From: Candidatus Heimdallarchaeota archaeon
GTDB lineage: Archaea > Asgardarchaeota > Heimdallarchaeia > JABLTI01
Length of the DNA: 64,000 nt
Direction of reading: 5' to 3'
Assembly (NCBI GenBank): GCA_018238155.1
Contig: JABCTZ010000032.1
Coordinates: forward strand, 192,001 to 256,000
A program made the translations under genes and the position numbers. The notes under the pieces are model-generated. The model worked only from the letters and a program-made list of their open reading frames with translations, did no database searches and had not been told where the DNA came from. The number at the start of each line of letters is the position of its first letter. The first letter of the stretch is position 1. Below, one piece after another: positions 41,430-51,249 of the stretch.

Positions 41430-43454
41430 ATGTCAAATCGGAAAAGCAACGTGATTATCATCTTCACAATAATGCTAATCGCAATGAATCTAATCGCAGT
41501 AACGCAAATGATTGCCACAAACAACAACCAATTTGATGGCGATAATACCCCATACTCTTTGGTAGATGCTTCAAATGAAGCAATCGTACCTGAGGATCCC
41601 TCATTGAAAGCTACTTCTGAGATTCCATCCTTGAGAAACTGGGATTTATCAATAAATACTTCTCGTATTATTAGACATTACGATTATGGATATTTAACGA
41701 TTAATGATAATATTACTCTTATCAATAACGATAATCTTTCTCTTCCAATATTCCGATTTTCTATCCCACAACATTTAGCAGTAAATTTAGTTGAAATTTC
41801 TGCCAGTTCTATGTGGGCTGAATTTGACGTTCCATTGAATTCTACAAACGTTGAAATCGAATATCAAGACGGGAATTTCACCTATTATATTATGGCACTC
41901 AATCCTATAGTGAATAACGCTTCCTTATATAAAATTCAAATTCATCAAACATATTTACGACCATATGAAATTTTTATATTTAAATCTGAAGACAATCATC
42001 TTTACAATGGTATAAAAATGAACGTAAGCAGAATGCCATTTCTTTCTTTGCCTATTCATACTGCTAGAACTACTTTCTTAAAAGCAGATGATGGTATAAT
42101 AATTAGTTCTCATATCTATCCAAATGAACTAGCGACAATTGGTGATGCATCCGTACTATACAATCCAATCTATAGTGTTCCTGCCTATAATTTTTCAAAT
42201 GAATATGAATCCAATTCAGATGATTACACTTACAAAGTTCAAATCGCTGGATATACATCTTTTACTTCTTCAATTGAAGCAACAAATTATTTAAGAACGA
42301 TTTCAATTGATAATTGGTATTATGCTCATTTTCATGAGGAAATTGAAATAGAAAACTTTGGTATTATTCCTAATGATCCTCTATGGGATCTTTCTGATGG
42401 TCGTGTTTTTGTGTCATTTGCTATGACACGTATCTATATTGGTGTAGATAATGCAGAAAATGTTGAAGTATATGATGAGTATGGTTCATTACCTGCTCCA
42501 TCGGATTCTGAAATAGTTCAAATGAATCGAATCACAGCTTATCTTAGATATCCTGTTTATGGTGGCGGAAAAGTTTCCCTTAATATTGATTACACACTCA
42601 AACTTGAAGATATCCTTCATTTCGAAAAGAATGAATTTATCTTAGATTGTCTGGCAATACCAGAAATACCATTCCATGTGAAAAATTACGAACTAACAAT
42701 AAAATTCCCTCAGGGAAGTAAAGTTCAATACGTTTCATTTGGTGATAAAGCAACAGAATTTGAGCAACATAAATCACCAGTGTTCTTACGAATTGGTCAA
42801 AGAGATACAATCTCTATTACAAAACTCAACCTAACCTCATTCGATAATGTGGATTTACGTGTTGGTTATTATATGTCTGATTTAGCATACTATATTCAAC
42901 CTTTGGTTTATTCACTAATTATCTTCATGGCTTGTTTACTTTATATCGGTGCAAGAACTCTCAGAAAGGATGTAATTGAGAAAGTCATTATTTCTTCTGA
43001 AGATAAGGAAGAAGTTCCAATAGAATTGATTCAAGAATTCGTAGAAAAATACGAAGAGAAGACTGCTATTCAAACAAGGATTACAGAGTTAGATGAAAGC
43101 AGACGAAAGAAGAAAGTCAAAGCTAAAGAATACGATCAACAAAGAAAGATTTTGGAAAGCAAGCTACGCGAAACAATTAAATCACTAGATAAAACGAAGC
43201 GCTCTCTAAAAGAAAAAGGTAGAAAATACCGTGACTCAATTCAAAAGATAGAAGTTAGTGAAGAAAAGAGAATAAGTGTTGAAAGAAGTATCAGTGATTT
43301 GCGAGTAAGGTATATTCGTGAGAAAGCTATTTCAAAAGATGCTTACATCAGAATTCTCAGAGATTATAAAAATCAAATTGAGAAATTTGAAAGAGACATC
43401 GACCGAGAAATCATTAACTTGAGACTCCTAATAGAGCACGAATCAAAGAGTTAG
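41430..43454 (+). CDS. Ribophorin I (OST1/RPN1)-like protein
   Basis: Signal peptide; RTISIDNWYYAHFHEEIEIEN and LRYPVYGG resemble RPN1 motifs; single TM followed by a coiled-coil cytosolic domain. Confidence 0.75.
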   Translation: MSNRKSNVIIIFTIMLIAMNLIAVTQMIATNNNQFDGDNTPYSLVDASNEAIVPEDPSLKATSEIPSLRNWDLSINTSRIIRHYDYGYLTINDNITLINNDNLSLPIFRFSIPQHLAVNLVEISASSMWAEFDVPLNSTNVEIEYQDGNFTYYIMALNPIVNNASLYKIQIHQTYLRPYEIFIFKSEDNHLYNGIKMNVSRMPFLSLPIHTARTTFLKADDGIIISSHIYPNELATIGDASVLYNPIYSVPAYNFSNEYESNSDDYTYKVQIAGYTSFTSSIEATNYLRTISIDNWYYAHFHEEIEIENFGIIPNDPLWDLSDGRVFVSFAMTRIYIGVDNAENVEVYDEYGSLPAPSDSEIVQMNRITAYLRYPVYGGGKVSLNIDYTLKLEDILHFEKNEFILDCLAIPEIPFHVKNYELTIKFPQGSKVQYVSFGDKATEFEQHKSPVFLRIGQRDTISITKLNLTSFDNVDLRVGYYMSDLAYYIQPLVYSLIIFMACLLYIGARTLRKDVIEKVIISSEDKEEVPIELIQEFVEKYEEKTAIQTRITELDESRRKKKVKAKEYDQQRKILESKLRETIKSLDKTKRSLKEKGRKYRDSIQKIEVSEEKRISVERSISDLRVRYIREKAISKDAYIRILRDYKNQIEKFERDIDREIINLRLLIEHESKS

Positions 43455-43548
43455 ATTTTTTCTTTCTCTTTACTCTTTTTATTTTTTCAAAGAGAACGAG
43501 TGGGTTCTTTGTTAATTTTTTCCTTAAATCAAAGAAAGGATGAATGGA

Positions 43549-44136
43549 TTATTCTACCCATCCTTTGAGTGTTTTTTCACATTTTTCACAAGAAAATTTC
43601 GAGTAATCTTTATCAGCCGGTTTTTCATCAACAGAAAATTTTTTCATACCACATTTGCAAACATACCCTCGTATTTTCGCCGGATTGCCAAAAACAAGAG
43701 CATGTGGTGGAACACTTTTTGTAACAACGCTTCCAGATCCTATCATGCAATATTCTCCAAGAGTAACTCCACAAATGATTACCACATTTGCACCAATGGA
43801 TACTCCATCCTCTATTTTTGTTTCAACAATTTTCCATTCCTGGTTAAATGCACGCGGATAAAGATCATTAGTGAAAACCATGTGTGGACCTAAAAAGACA
43901 TTATTACCGATTGTTACCCCGTGATAAACAGAAACTCGATTCTGAATTTTAACTCCATTACCAATTTTTACTCCTGAGTCGATGTACACACTTTTACCCA
44001 AAATGCAGCCTTTACCAAGTTCTGAATTTGAGCGAACATGTGCATGATGCCAGACACTAGTGCCTTCACCAATTTTAGCTCCGTCTTCAACTATTGCAGT
44101 TTCATGGATTCTTACGTTTTTTCTTTCAGTTGTCAT
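43549..44136 (-). CDS. Hexapeptide-repeat N-acetyltransferase (WbpD/WlbB-like)
   Basis: IHETAIV, VWHHAHV, KIQN, VFTNDLYPR, GNPAK, C-terminal CxC/CxxC. Confidence 0.88.
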   Translation of the reverse strand: MTTERKNVRIHETAIVEDGAKIGEGTSVWHHAHVRSNSELGKGCILGKSVYIDSGVKIGNGVKIQNRVSVYHGVTIGNNVFLGPHMVFTNDLYPRAFNQEWKIVETKIEDGVSIGANVVIICGVTLGEYCMIGSGSVVTKSVPPHALVFGNPAKIRGYVCKCGMKKFSVDEKPADKDYSKFSCEKCEKTLKGWVE

Positions 44137-44154
44137 ATTGTTTTCAACGACCGT

Positions 44155-44466
44155 TTACTTTTGTGTTGCTTCTTTGGCAGTATCCCATTCTTTCTTTATT
44201 TCAATTTTTTCTTCGGTAGCTTCTTCTGTTTCGGTTTCAACAAATTTTTCCTTCTTCCATTTACGAACAAAAAGAAATATCTCTAATCCCATGAATGCGA
44301 GTAAAAGTACATCTGCAATTACTAGCAGATAAGTAATATTGGGAAATAATTGTAAAACTTTCACTTGAATATAAATTAATGCCGGGAATATTGCAAAAAA
44401 AGTACCAATGGTACCAATGGTAAAAACTCTATCAGCTTTCATTAGAAATCGTACTAGTGAATCCAT
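44155..44466 (-). CDS. Small 2-TM hypothetical protein
   Basis: 103-aa ORF co-oriented with and 18 nt upstream of the acetyltransferase. Confidence 0.6.
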   Translation of the reverse strand: MDSLVRFLMKADRVFTIGTIGTFFAIFPALIYIQVKVLQLFPNITYLLVIADVLLLAFMGLEIFLFVRKWKKEKFVETETEEATEEKIEIKKEWDTAKEATQK

Positions 44467-44605
44467 TTCTAATATTTTAATTCTCTGGAAAGAGATGATT
44501 ATTTATCAATGAATGATTCTAATTCTCCTATTCATTTGCTTATTTTGGAAAGGATATGGAATCTTTATTAAAGTAACTTCATGATTTTCAGATGTTGGTG
44601 ACTTA

Positions 44606-45931
44606 TTGGTCAAATTTTTCATAGAAACATTCGGTTGTACAGCAAATGTCTCTGCTTCAGAATTAATGGGCTATTTATTATTGGAATGTGGTTTCGAAAA
44701 AACTGATAATAGAGAGAGTGCTGATTTTGTTATTCTTAATACCTGTGTTGTAAAAGCACCGACTGAAAATAAAATTAAAGATCAAATTATCAAGTTAGCA
44801 AGAAGGTTTCCACTCATTATTGCGGGTTGCTTACCACAAGTAATGTCTGATTGGTGTAAAGAAAATATTCCAAAAGCAGCACTAATAGGTGTTGACCATT
44901 TCTATGAAATCTGTCAAGCTGCAGATGCTCTTATGAATGAACAAGAATTTAGATTAATTTCAAGGAAAAGAGAATTCTCACAAGAAACGAAAAGAGTAAG
45001 AGCTAGAGACTTAACTGGAATAATTGAAATATCCAAAGGTTGTACCGGAGAATGTGCTTATTGTATCGTTAGAATAGCAAAAGGATCTTTAGTTTCAAAG
45101 TCACCTGATTTAATCCTAAATGAAGCATCAACGGCATTAAAGGAGGGATGCAGGGAGATTTGGCTTACTGCACAAGATACTGCTTCTTATGGATTTGATA
45201 TCGAGAAAACCCTTTCTGACATAGTAAAGAAAATAGCTGATTTGCCTGGTGATTTTATGATTCGAATAGGGATGATGAATGCGGATTATGCTTTGCAATT
45301 TTTGCCTGAGATAAAAGAAATGTTCAAAATTCCAAAAGTGTATTCATTCATCCATTTACCTTTACAATCTGGAAGTGACAATGTTCTAACTAAAATGAAA
45401 AGAAAATATTCTGTAAGAGAATATTTATTTTTGATAGACGAGCTTCGTAAAATAAAGGATTTTACTATTTCAACCGATATTATTACCGGATTACCTGGCG
45501 AAACTGAAGAAGACTTTAATCAAACGAAGGTGCTCTTAGAAAAAATTCAATTTGATATTGTTAACATTTCCAAATATGGTGATAGAAAAGGTACAGTAGC
45601 AAGCAAATCCAAGGAGAAAATTCCTACAGAAATAGTCAAAGAAAGGTCAGTAATAATTACAAAATTAGTTAATAATATGACTTTAGAGAGAAATAAGAAA
45701 TGGATTGGTTGGCAGGGAGATGCACTAGCATTAAGAATTGATAAGAGAAATAATACCATTTTATTACGAAATAGATTCTATAAATTGATTTCAGTAGAAA
45801 GTTCAACCTTAGTTTTAGGGCAATGGTACAGAGTGGAAATTACGAGAGCACATAAAACTAGATTAATAGGTAATGTTGTTTCTGTGCCGAAAGGACAATT
45901 TGAAATAGTAAATAGGAAGAAACAAGTGTAG
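44606..45931 (+). CDS. tRNA t6A37 methylthiotransferase (archaeal MiaB-like/e-MtaB)
   Basis: ETFGC, NTC.VK, AGCL, radical SAM CTGECAYC, TAQD, HLPLQSGS, TDIITG. Confidence 0.9.
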   Translation: MVKFFIETFGCTANVSASELMGYLLLECGFEKTDNRESADFVILNTCVVKAPTENKIKDQIIKLARRFPLIIAGCLPQVMSDWCKENIPKAALIGVDHFYEICQAADALMNEQEFRLISRKREFSQETKRVRARDLTGIIEISKGCTGECAYCIVRIAKGSLVSKSPDLILNEASTALKEGCREIWLTAQDTASYGFDIEKTLSDIVKKIADLPGDFMIRIGMMNADYALQFLPEIKEMFKIPKVYSFIHLPLQSGSDNVLTKMKRKYSVREYLFLIDELRKIKDFTISTDIITGLPGETEEDFNQTKVLLEKIQFDIVNISKYGDRKGTVASKSKEKIPTEIVKERSVIITKLVNNMTLERNKKWIGWQGDALALRIDKRNNTILLRNRFYKLISVESSTLVLGQWYRVEITRAHKTRLIGNVVSVPKGQFEIVNRKKQV

Positions 45932-45941
45932 GTTAAGAAAA

Positions 45942-46658
45942 ATGGTTCGTTTTGATCTTCATGTTCATACTAATTATTCAGATGGAACAGATTCTACAGA
46001 AGAAATAATTAGGCAAGCAGAAAAAATTGGCTTGGATGGTATTGGAATTACTGATCATGACACTTTTGGTGGGGTACACAAAGCTCTTGAAATTGAAACT
46101 ACGCTCATTATTGTACCAGGTATAGAAATTTCCACTTGTAAGGGACACATACTTGCTTATGGTTTAACTGACGGTGAATTTGAGATAGGACTAACACCTG
46201 CAGAAACTGTCGAGCAAATTCATAGAGTGGGAGGAATAGCAATTCCTGCACATCCATTTGATTATATTCGTTTAGGAATTAAAGATGAAATATACAATAT
46301 TAAGTCTGATGCAATAGAAGTGATTAATGGATGTATAACTTTCAGCCCATGGAATGAGAAAGCAAGAAGAGCAGCTGTTAAATTAGATTTACCAATGATT
46401 GCAGGTAGTGATGGTCACTCAACTGAAGAAATCGGTATTGCTTGGACAGATTTCATATATGAGCCGAAAAACTGGCAAGATGTTATTTCAATGATCCTGA
46501 GAAAAGAAGCAATTCCTGTAGGACGAAACCATCACGTTTTATCATCAAAGATAAGACGATTTTGGAAAGCATTTAAAAAACGAAATGATAGACCAACACC
46601 TTATCCATTTATCAAGCAACCAAAACAGAAAAATAGTAAGAAAATTGTTGAAGAATAA
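45942..46658 (+). CDS. PHP-domain phosphoesterase
   Basis: DLHVHT.YSDG, ITDHD, AHP, GSDGH. Confidence 0.9.
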   Translation: MVRFDLHVHTNYSDGTDSTEEIIRQAEKIGLDGIGITDHDTFGGVHKALEIETTLIIVPGIEISTCKGHILAYGLTDGEFEIGLTPAETVEQIHRVGGIAIPAHPFDYIRLGIKDEIYNIKSDAIEVINGCITFSPWNEKARRAAVKLDLPMIAGSDGHSTEEIGIAWTDFIYEPKNWQDVISMILRKEAIPVGRNHHVLSSKIRRFWKAFKKRNDRPTPYPFIKQPKQKNSKKIVEE

Positions 46659-46667
46659 TTCAAAGAA

Positions 46668-47759
46668 CTAGTTGAAATATTGTTTTAACAGTCGATCTTT
46701 CTTCATAAGTGGAATTAACACTTCACTTGGTTTTTGAAGTTTTGATAGTTTTGTGCTTGTATCAAGCCAATGTTTCCGAGGATTTTTACATAGTTTCTTA
46801 ATTAATTTCTTGGTATCATCAACTGACTGCACAGAGAAACTCGGAAAACCTCTGTCTTCAATAAACTTCTGGGGTTCAAGATGTCGCCAGAAATAAGTTA
46901 TTGAGGGTACACCGAGAAGAGCAGCTTCTCTTGCCATTGTACCTCCACCTGTGATAACAATCTCAGCATTTGATATTAAATTCAAGAAATAGAAACCACT
47001 GGAAGGGATCTCAATTTGCCCTTCAAACTTCTCCAGTATAATTTCTCGTTGAATTTCATATCTAGGAAAAACAACTATTTTTCCTTGATAACATTCAATA
47101 ATATTTTCTAGAATTTCAAGATAGGGCTTGCTATCCTTATCTTTCATATAAGAAGCAAAACTTTCTTCAGGACGGTAAGCTAAATACATATTATCTTTTT
47201 CAATTGCTTTCTCTCTTAGTCTAATGAATTTTTGCTGGTTCTCTCCAGCAATATATTCAACTTCGTCTACACCATTATAATCAAACATTGTTTCTGGATT
47301 TGCTCCAAGGCGAGTGAATGCTTTTTTAGGAATACACGATGGAGTTAACAAGTAATTTGCTAAAGCAAAAGTGAGCTTAGCAACTGGTTTGGAATGAGCA
47401 GTATCATTCATTAAAATCAAAGGAATGCCTAAACCAAAGGCAACTCGAGATGCATCTGGCGAAGAAAAGGATATTGCTACTGCAGGTTTGTATGGTAAAG
47501 AGATGATATTTTCAGCAAGTTTAACAACTCTCTTAACACTTGCTAAGAGTTTTTCCTCTAATGATTTACCACCGTAGAAACCAAATGAGATTGGATCTAT
47601 TTTATGTGCTTTGAAAATGTCTAGAATATAATCATGATCTCGTGTCGTATAATGACATTTAAAACCAAATTTCTGTAACTCTTTGCCAATAGCGAGAAAA
47701 AGCATTGCTTGTTTGGGGGTTAATACTTCGAACCAAACAGTTTTTTCATTGTTATCCAT
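46668..47759 (-). CDS. DUF354 / glycosyltransferase-like protein
   Basis: VWFEVLTPKQ, SPDASRVAFGLGIP, YRPEE..ASY, GGGTMAREAALLG.P; start at ATG 47759. Confidence 0.85.
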   Translation of the reverse strand: MDNNEKTVWFEVLTPKQAMLFLAIGKELQKFGFKCHYTTRDHDYILDIFKAHKIDPISFGFYGGKSLEEKLLASVKRVVKLAENIISLPYKPAVAISFSSPDASRVAFGLGIPLILMNDTAHSKPVAKLTFALANYLLTPSCIPKKAFTRLGANPETMFDYNGVDEVEYIAGENQQKFIRLREKAIEKDNMYLAYRPEESFASYMKDKDSKPYLEILENIIECYQGKIVVFPRYEIQREIILEKFEGQIEIPSSGFYFLNLISNAEIVITGGGTMAREAALLGVPSITYFWRHLEPQKFIEDRGFPSFSVQSVDDTKKLIKKLCKNPRKHWLDTSTKLSKLQKPSEVLIPLMKKDRLLKQYFN

Positions 47760-48048
47760 TTGATTCGTCCAACTTGTGATTATTATTCTCCCAATATTGT
47801 AAATCTTCCTTAAAGAACGCCTTGATAAGTGTATTCCAAACAATTAACCAAAAGAGGAATAAAGCGCCTGAAATAATGACTGAAAGAATTCCAAATGAAA
47901 TTCTATTCTCTGAAAGAAAATAAAGAAGTCCACTTTCATCAAAAAAGATGAAATTAATGAATGAAATAATCATTATGAGAAAAACCCAAACAATAAAGAT
48001 AGCTTTTATTGGGCTCCACGCAGCAATGAGAACTTTTTTGTAACGCAT
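47752..48048 (-). CDS. Small 2-TM hypothetical protein
   Basis: 98-aa ORF whose stop overlaps the DUF354 start. Confidence 0.6.
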   Translation of the reverse strand: MRYKKVLIAAWSPIKAIFIVWVFLIMIISFINFIFFDESGLLYFLSENRISFGILSVIISGALFLFWLIVWNTLIKAFFKEDLQYWENNNHKLDESNG

Positions 48049-48209
48049 TTTAAAGCAAGCTCCTTCAGAGATGTAGTTTTATAACAACTTGATTCATTTT
48101 TGAAAGTTTTTATGCTATTTAACTAAATATCCTAAGATGATATATTTATGATATACAATCAATTTAAATCTAATTACAACTAACCATTAATTTGGAGGTT
48201 TATTATCTA

Positions 48210-48863
48210 ATGACAGAAAAAATATACAACTTACCTTTAATTGGGGACCAAGCACCAAATTTTCATGCAAAGACAACTTTTGGTGAAGTCAACTTTCCAG
48301 ATGATTATAAAGGAAAATGGGTAATACTATTTTCGCATCCGGCAGATTTTACTCCTGTATGTACAACAGAGTTCATTGCGTTTCAAGCAAGAAAGAAGGA
48401 ATTTTCGAAATTGAATGCTGAACTAATAGGACTAAGCATAGATCAAATATACAGTCACATAAAGTGGGTAGAATGGATAGAAGAGAAAATGAAAGTGGAA
48501 ATCGAATTTCCAATTATTGCTGATCATGGCAAAATTGGCAAATTGTATGGCATGGTACACCCAAGCAAATCTGCAAGCACAGTAAGAGCTGTTTTTGTAA
48601 TTGATCCGGAAGGGATTATACGTGCAATAATCTACTATCCACCAGAAATTGGCAGAAATATGGATGAAATATTGCGTATCTTAGAAGCATTCCACATAGC
48701 AGATAAACACAATGTAGCAATGCCTGCAAATTGGCCAAAGAATGAATTGCTAAAAGATAGAGTGATAATTCCACCTGCGAGTGATGTCAAAACAGCAAAA
48801 CAAAGACCAAAAGATTATGAATGCTATGACTGGTGGTTATGCCACAAAGAAAGACCGAAATAA
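48210..48863 (+). CDS. Peroxiredoxin (archaeal Prx6/AhpC type)
   Basis: [29 protein letters not shown]; ATG 48210 after GGAGG. Confidence 0.95.
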   Translation: MTEKIYNLPLIGDQAPNFHAKTTFGEVNFPDDYKGKWVILFSHPADFTPVCTTEFIAFQARKKEFSKLNAELIGLSIDQIYSHIKWVEWIEEKMKVEIEFPIIADHGKIGKLYGMVHPSKSASTVRAVFVIDPEGIIRAIIYYPPEIGRNMDEILRILEAFHIADKHNVAMPANWPKNELLKDRVIIPPASDVKTAKQRPKDYECYDWWLCHKERPK

Positions 48864-49039
48864 AAATATCTTACGAAATAAGGCTAAAAATTTATCAGCG
48901 ACAAATAAAAGCTGATAACATCTACTTTTTTTAAGTGTTCTTTATATTGTTGGCGACATAATTATTAATTAGGGAGAAAAATATTATAAGTCATAGTTAT
49001 AATAAAGAAAATCTCAACTAACAAGGAATAGTCTATAAA

Positions 49040-49471
49040 ATGGCTGTAATTGAATCAGGACTAATTGTGAATGGCATACCAATAGTTAGAAGTGAGTATG
49101 CTCCATCAGAGAAATTTGGAGACCCATTTATACGTATAGGACTTTTTACTGCAATTCAATCTTTTGCGGCACAAGCTTTCGGTGATGAAGCAGAAGAAAT
49201 GAAATTCAAAAAATATGTTATTGCAATAAGAGATTTAAATCCGGGAGAAAAAGCACCAATATTAATCTATGCTGTAGCCGAACGCGGAACAGATATTTCT
49301 GAAATGCAAAATCGACTTGAAAATATAAGCAGGAAGATAAATTTGGTGGAAATAATTTTTAATAGTCCAGTTAATACAAAAGAAATTCAAAAAGTCAAAA
49401 ATACAATCGATAAAGAAATGCAAGATCTAAAATTAACACCAGCAGATAGAGCAAAATTCGTTTTTGGTTAA
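49040..49471 (+). CDS. Longin-like domain protein
   Basis: NGIPI...GLFTAIQSFA...EEMKFKKY pattern typical of Asgard longin domains. Confidence 0.6.
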   Translation: MAVIESGLIVNGIPIVRSEYAPSEKFGDPFIRIGLFTAIQSFAAQAFGDEAEEMKFKKYVIAIRDLNPGEKAPILIYAVAERGTDISEMQNRLENISRKINLVEIIFNSPVNTKEIQKVKNTIDKEMQDLKLTPADRAKFVFG

Positions 49472-49559
49472 AAAGAACTTTTTTTACAATTAAACAGAAA
49501 TCTTTAAAATAGCTTTTGAAAGAAAAGAGAATGCTTATTACAGTAAGCAGCAAAAAATT

Positions 49560-49698
49560 CTGGCCCTAACTCAGCTTGGCTAGAGTGCTCGGCTGTAGAC
49601 TTAGTTCGCTCCAATGAAACGTGATTTGGAGTCAGCCTGTATTCGACTGCTAGACAGTGACCGAGATGACCCGAGTTCAAATCTCGGGGGCCAGACCA
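49560..49698 (+). tRNA. tRNA-Tyr(GTA) with 61-nt intron at 37/38 (49599-49659)
   Basis: Acceptor stem CTGGCCC/GGGCCAG (C1-G72), D-stem ACTC/GAGT, anticodon stem CTCGG/CCGAG, BHB helix CTGT/ACAG, T-arm CCGAG-TTCAAAT-CTCGG, encoded CCA. Confidence 0.95.
49599..49659 (+). ncRNA. Candidate intron-encoded H/ACA-like guide RNA (K-loop hairpin)
   Basis: Stem GCTCCAA/TTGGAGT capped by U.U, G.A and A.G pairs (K-loop), then CAGCC antisense to tRNA positions 30-34, and ACA 3 nt from the intron end. Confidence 0.45.
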
Positions 49699-49869
49699 AT
49701 TCTATTTCGATATTTTATCCATTCGAACTTTTCTCAATTCTATCCTTTATGCTCTTCTTACTTTTAGCACAGAATACTGTCTTTCTATGTATTTCTTTCA
49801 ACAGAAATTACTTTCGGAAAACTCTCAGATGAGAAAAAGAGCATAGAAAAAGAAGAACGATAATAAACT

Positions 49870-50121
49870 ATGACTGGAATAAATAACGATTTTCAAGTAA
49901 AGGAAGAGATAGCAGCATTAGATCATCTCGTGGACTGGAGAAGAGAAGCGAGGGAAGTAGAGAAGACCTTGCGATTCTATCCACAATGCGAAAATTTGGT
50001 ACGAGTAAAACTAAAGGAACATAAATACTATCAGAACTTTTACGGTTGTCCTGTATGTGGAGAAACAATCCTGTCAAATGGAATGATACGGTCTCCAAGT
50101 AGCAGAGAATACAGAATGTAA
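49870..50121 (+). CDS. Small Zn-ribbon protein (first Cys apparently lost: YPQC...CPVC)
   Basis: Paralogous to 51250-51531 (REVEKTLR..CPVCGETI vs RELQKTMR..CPKCGEVI). Confidence 0.55.
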   Translation: MTGINNDFQVKEEIAALDHLVDWRREAREVEKTLRFYPQCENLVRVKLKEHKYYQNFYGCPVCGETILSNGMIRSPSSREYRM

Positions 50122-50291
50122 AAAAACGATAATATTATTTTTCTGATTGTTTTGTTTGATGGAAAACAATCCCATAGAATAGAATATTTTCTTCATAGTA
50201 TACGATAAGAATTTTTATAAAATTCAAACCAAAGTTGTTAAGAATATGGGATTTGATTTATTAGTACGGAAGTTTAACAAGTTATTAATCG

Positions 50292-51221
50292 GTGAGTTTT
50301 TTGGAAATTAGCAGATTAAAAGAAATAGCAAAGGAATTAGAAGAAGAATATGAAACGGGATATACTGAACTTAGCAAATTTAGAACTGAAGCAGGAAAAG
50401 AATTACAAGCAAATATGATAGACATAACGAGATTTATCATATCCTTTGAAGCTAGCTATATTTCAACCTCTCTCGGTGCAGAACTTCTTGATTCACTTAA
50501 TCTTAAAATTATGATTAAAGAACGTAAAACTGAAATTATTGAAGAAATATCGGAAAATAAAGGTTTAACACTAGAAAACAGCACACAATTCTATGATCTC
50601 ATAACTGAATATATGGATGAAAGTAGTAATATTTCCACAAAAGAGATTATAAGTGCTTTACCATTTATGAATCCTGAATTCAAAACCATGGAACACTTGT
50701 ATGCTCATTTTTTTGTCTCACTGGTAACTTATATTGATTTATACACAATGAACTTATCTCGTGAAATAATATTGGAGCTAGATACAAAGGATTATGTTGA
50801 ATTCCTTAAAGGATTTAATCCGATGAAAAATCCTAAAGAAAGAATAAATTTTCTAGCTTGATATTTTAGATTATATAATAAGGAACAGCTAAATAAAGAA
50901 ATATTGAAAGGGAAAAAATGGGAAATGATTTTTGATAAGATTATTGATATTAGAGATACAATTTCTCATAGAAATCCATTATTAACTGTAGAAGATTTAA
51001 ATGAGAACTTTATAGAAATGTTACAACAAGCACAAAAGAAATCTCTTGTTATATTTAATCAAACAGAAGAAGAGGATAATATATTGTTATCAAATCTTCT
51101 AAAAAAATATTCATCGAAATTTGTTGTGTTGTTTCTCTTCGAGGATATAATGAGGTATTGTTATAGTTATTTAGCATTAATAGATCAAGCGTTATTTGAG
51201 TCTAAATTTAAGAGGACATAA
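50292..51221 (+). pseudogene. HEPN-domain protein interrupted by one in-frame TGA (50859-50861)
   Basis: ORFs 50292-50861 and 50904-51221 share a frame with no further stop between them; RDTISH (Rx4H) motif in the 3' part. Confidence 0.65.
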
Positions 51222-51249
51222 AAATAGATATTTTCTTTAAAATGAACAA

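Noticed and set aside
49614-49832. 72-aa ORF
   Set aside because: Lies across the tRNA-Tyr intron and exon 2
50859-50861. Selenocysteine at the in-frame TGA
   Set aside because: No redox/Cys-type context and no SECIS recognised; a nonsense mutation is more parsimonious
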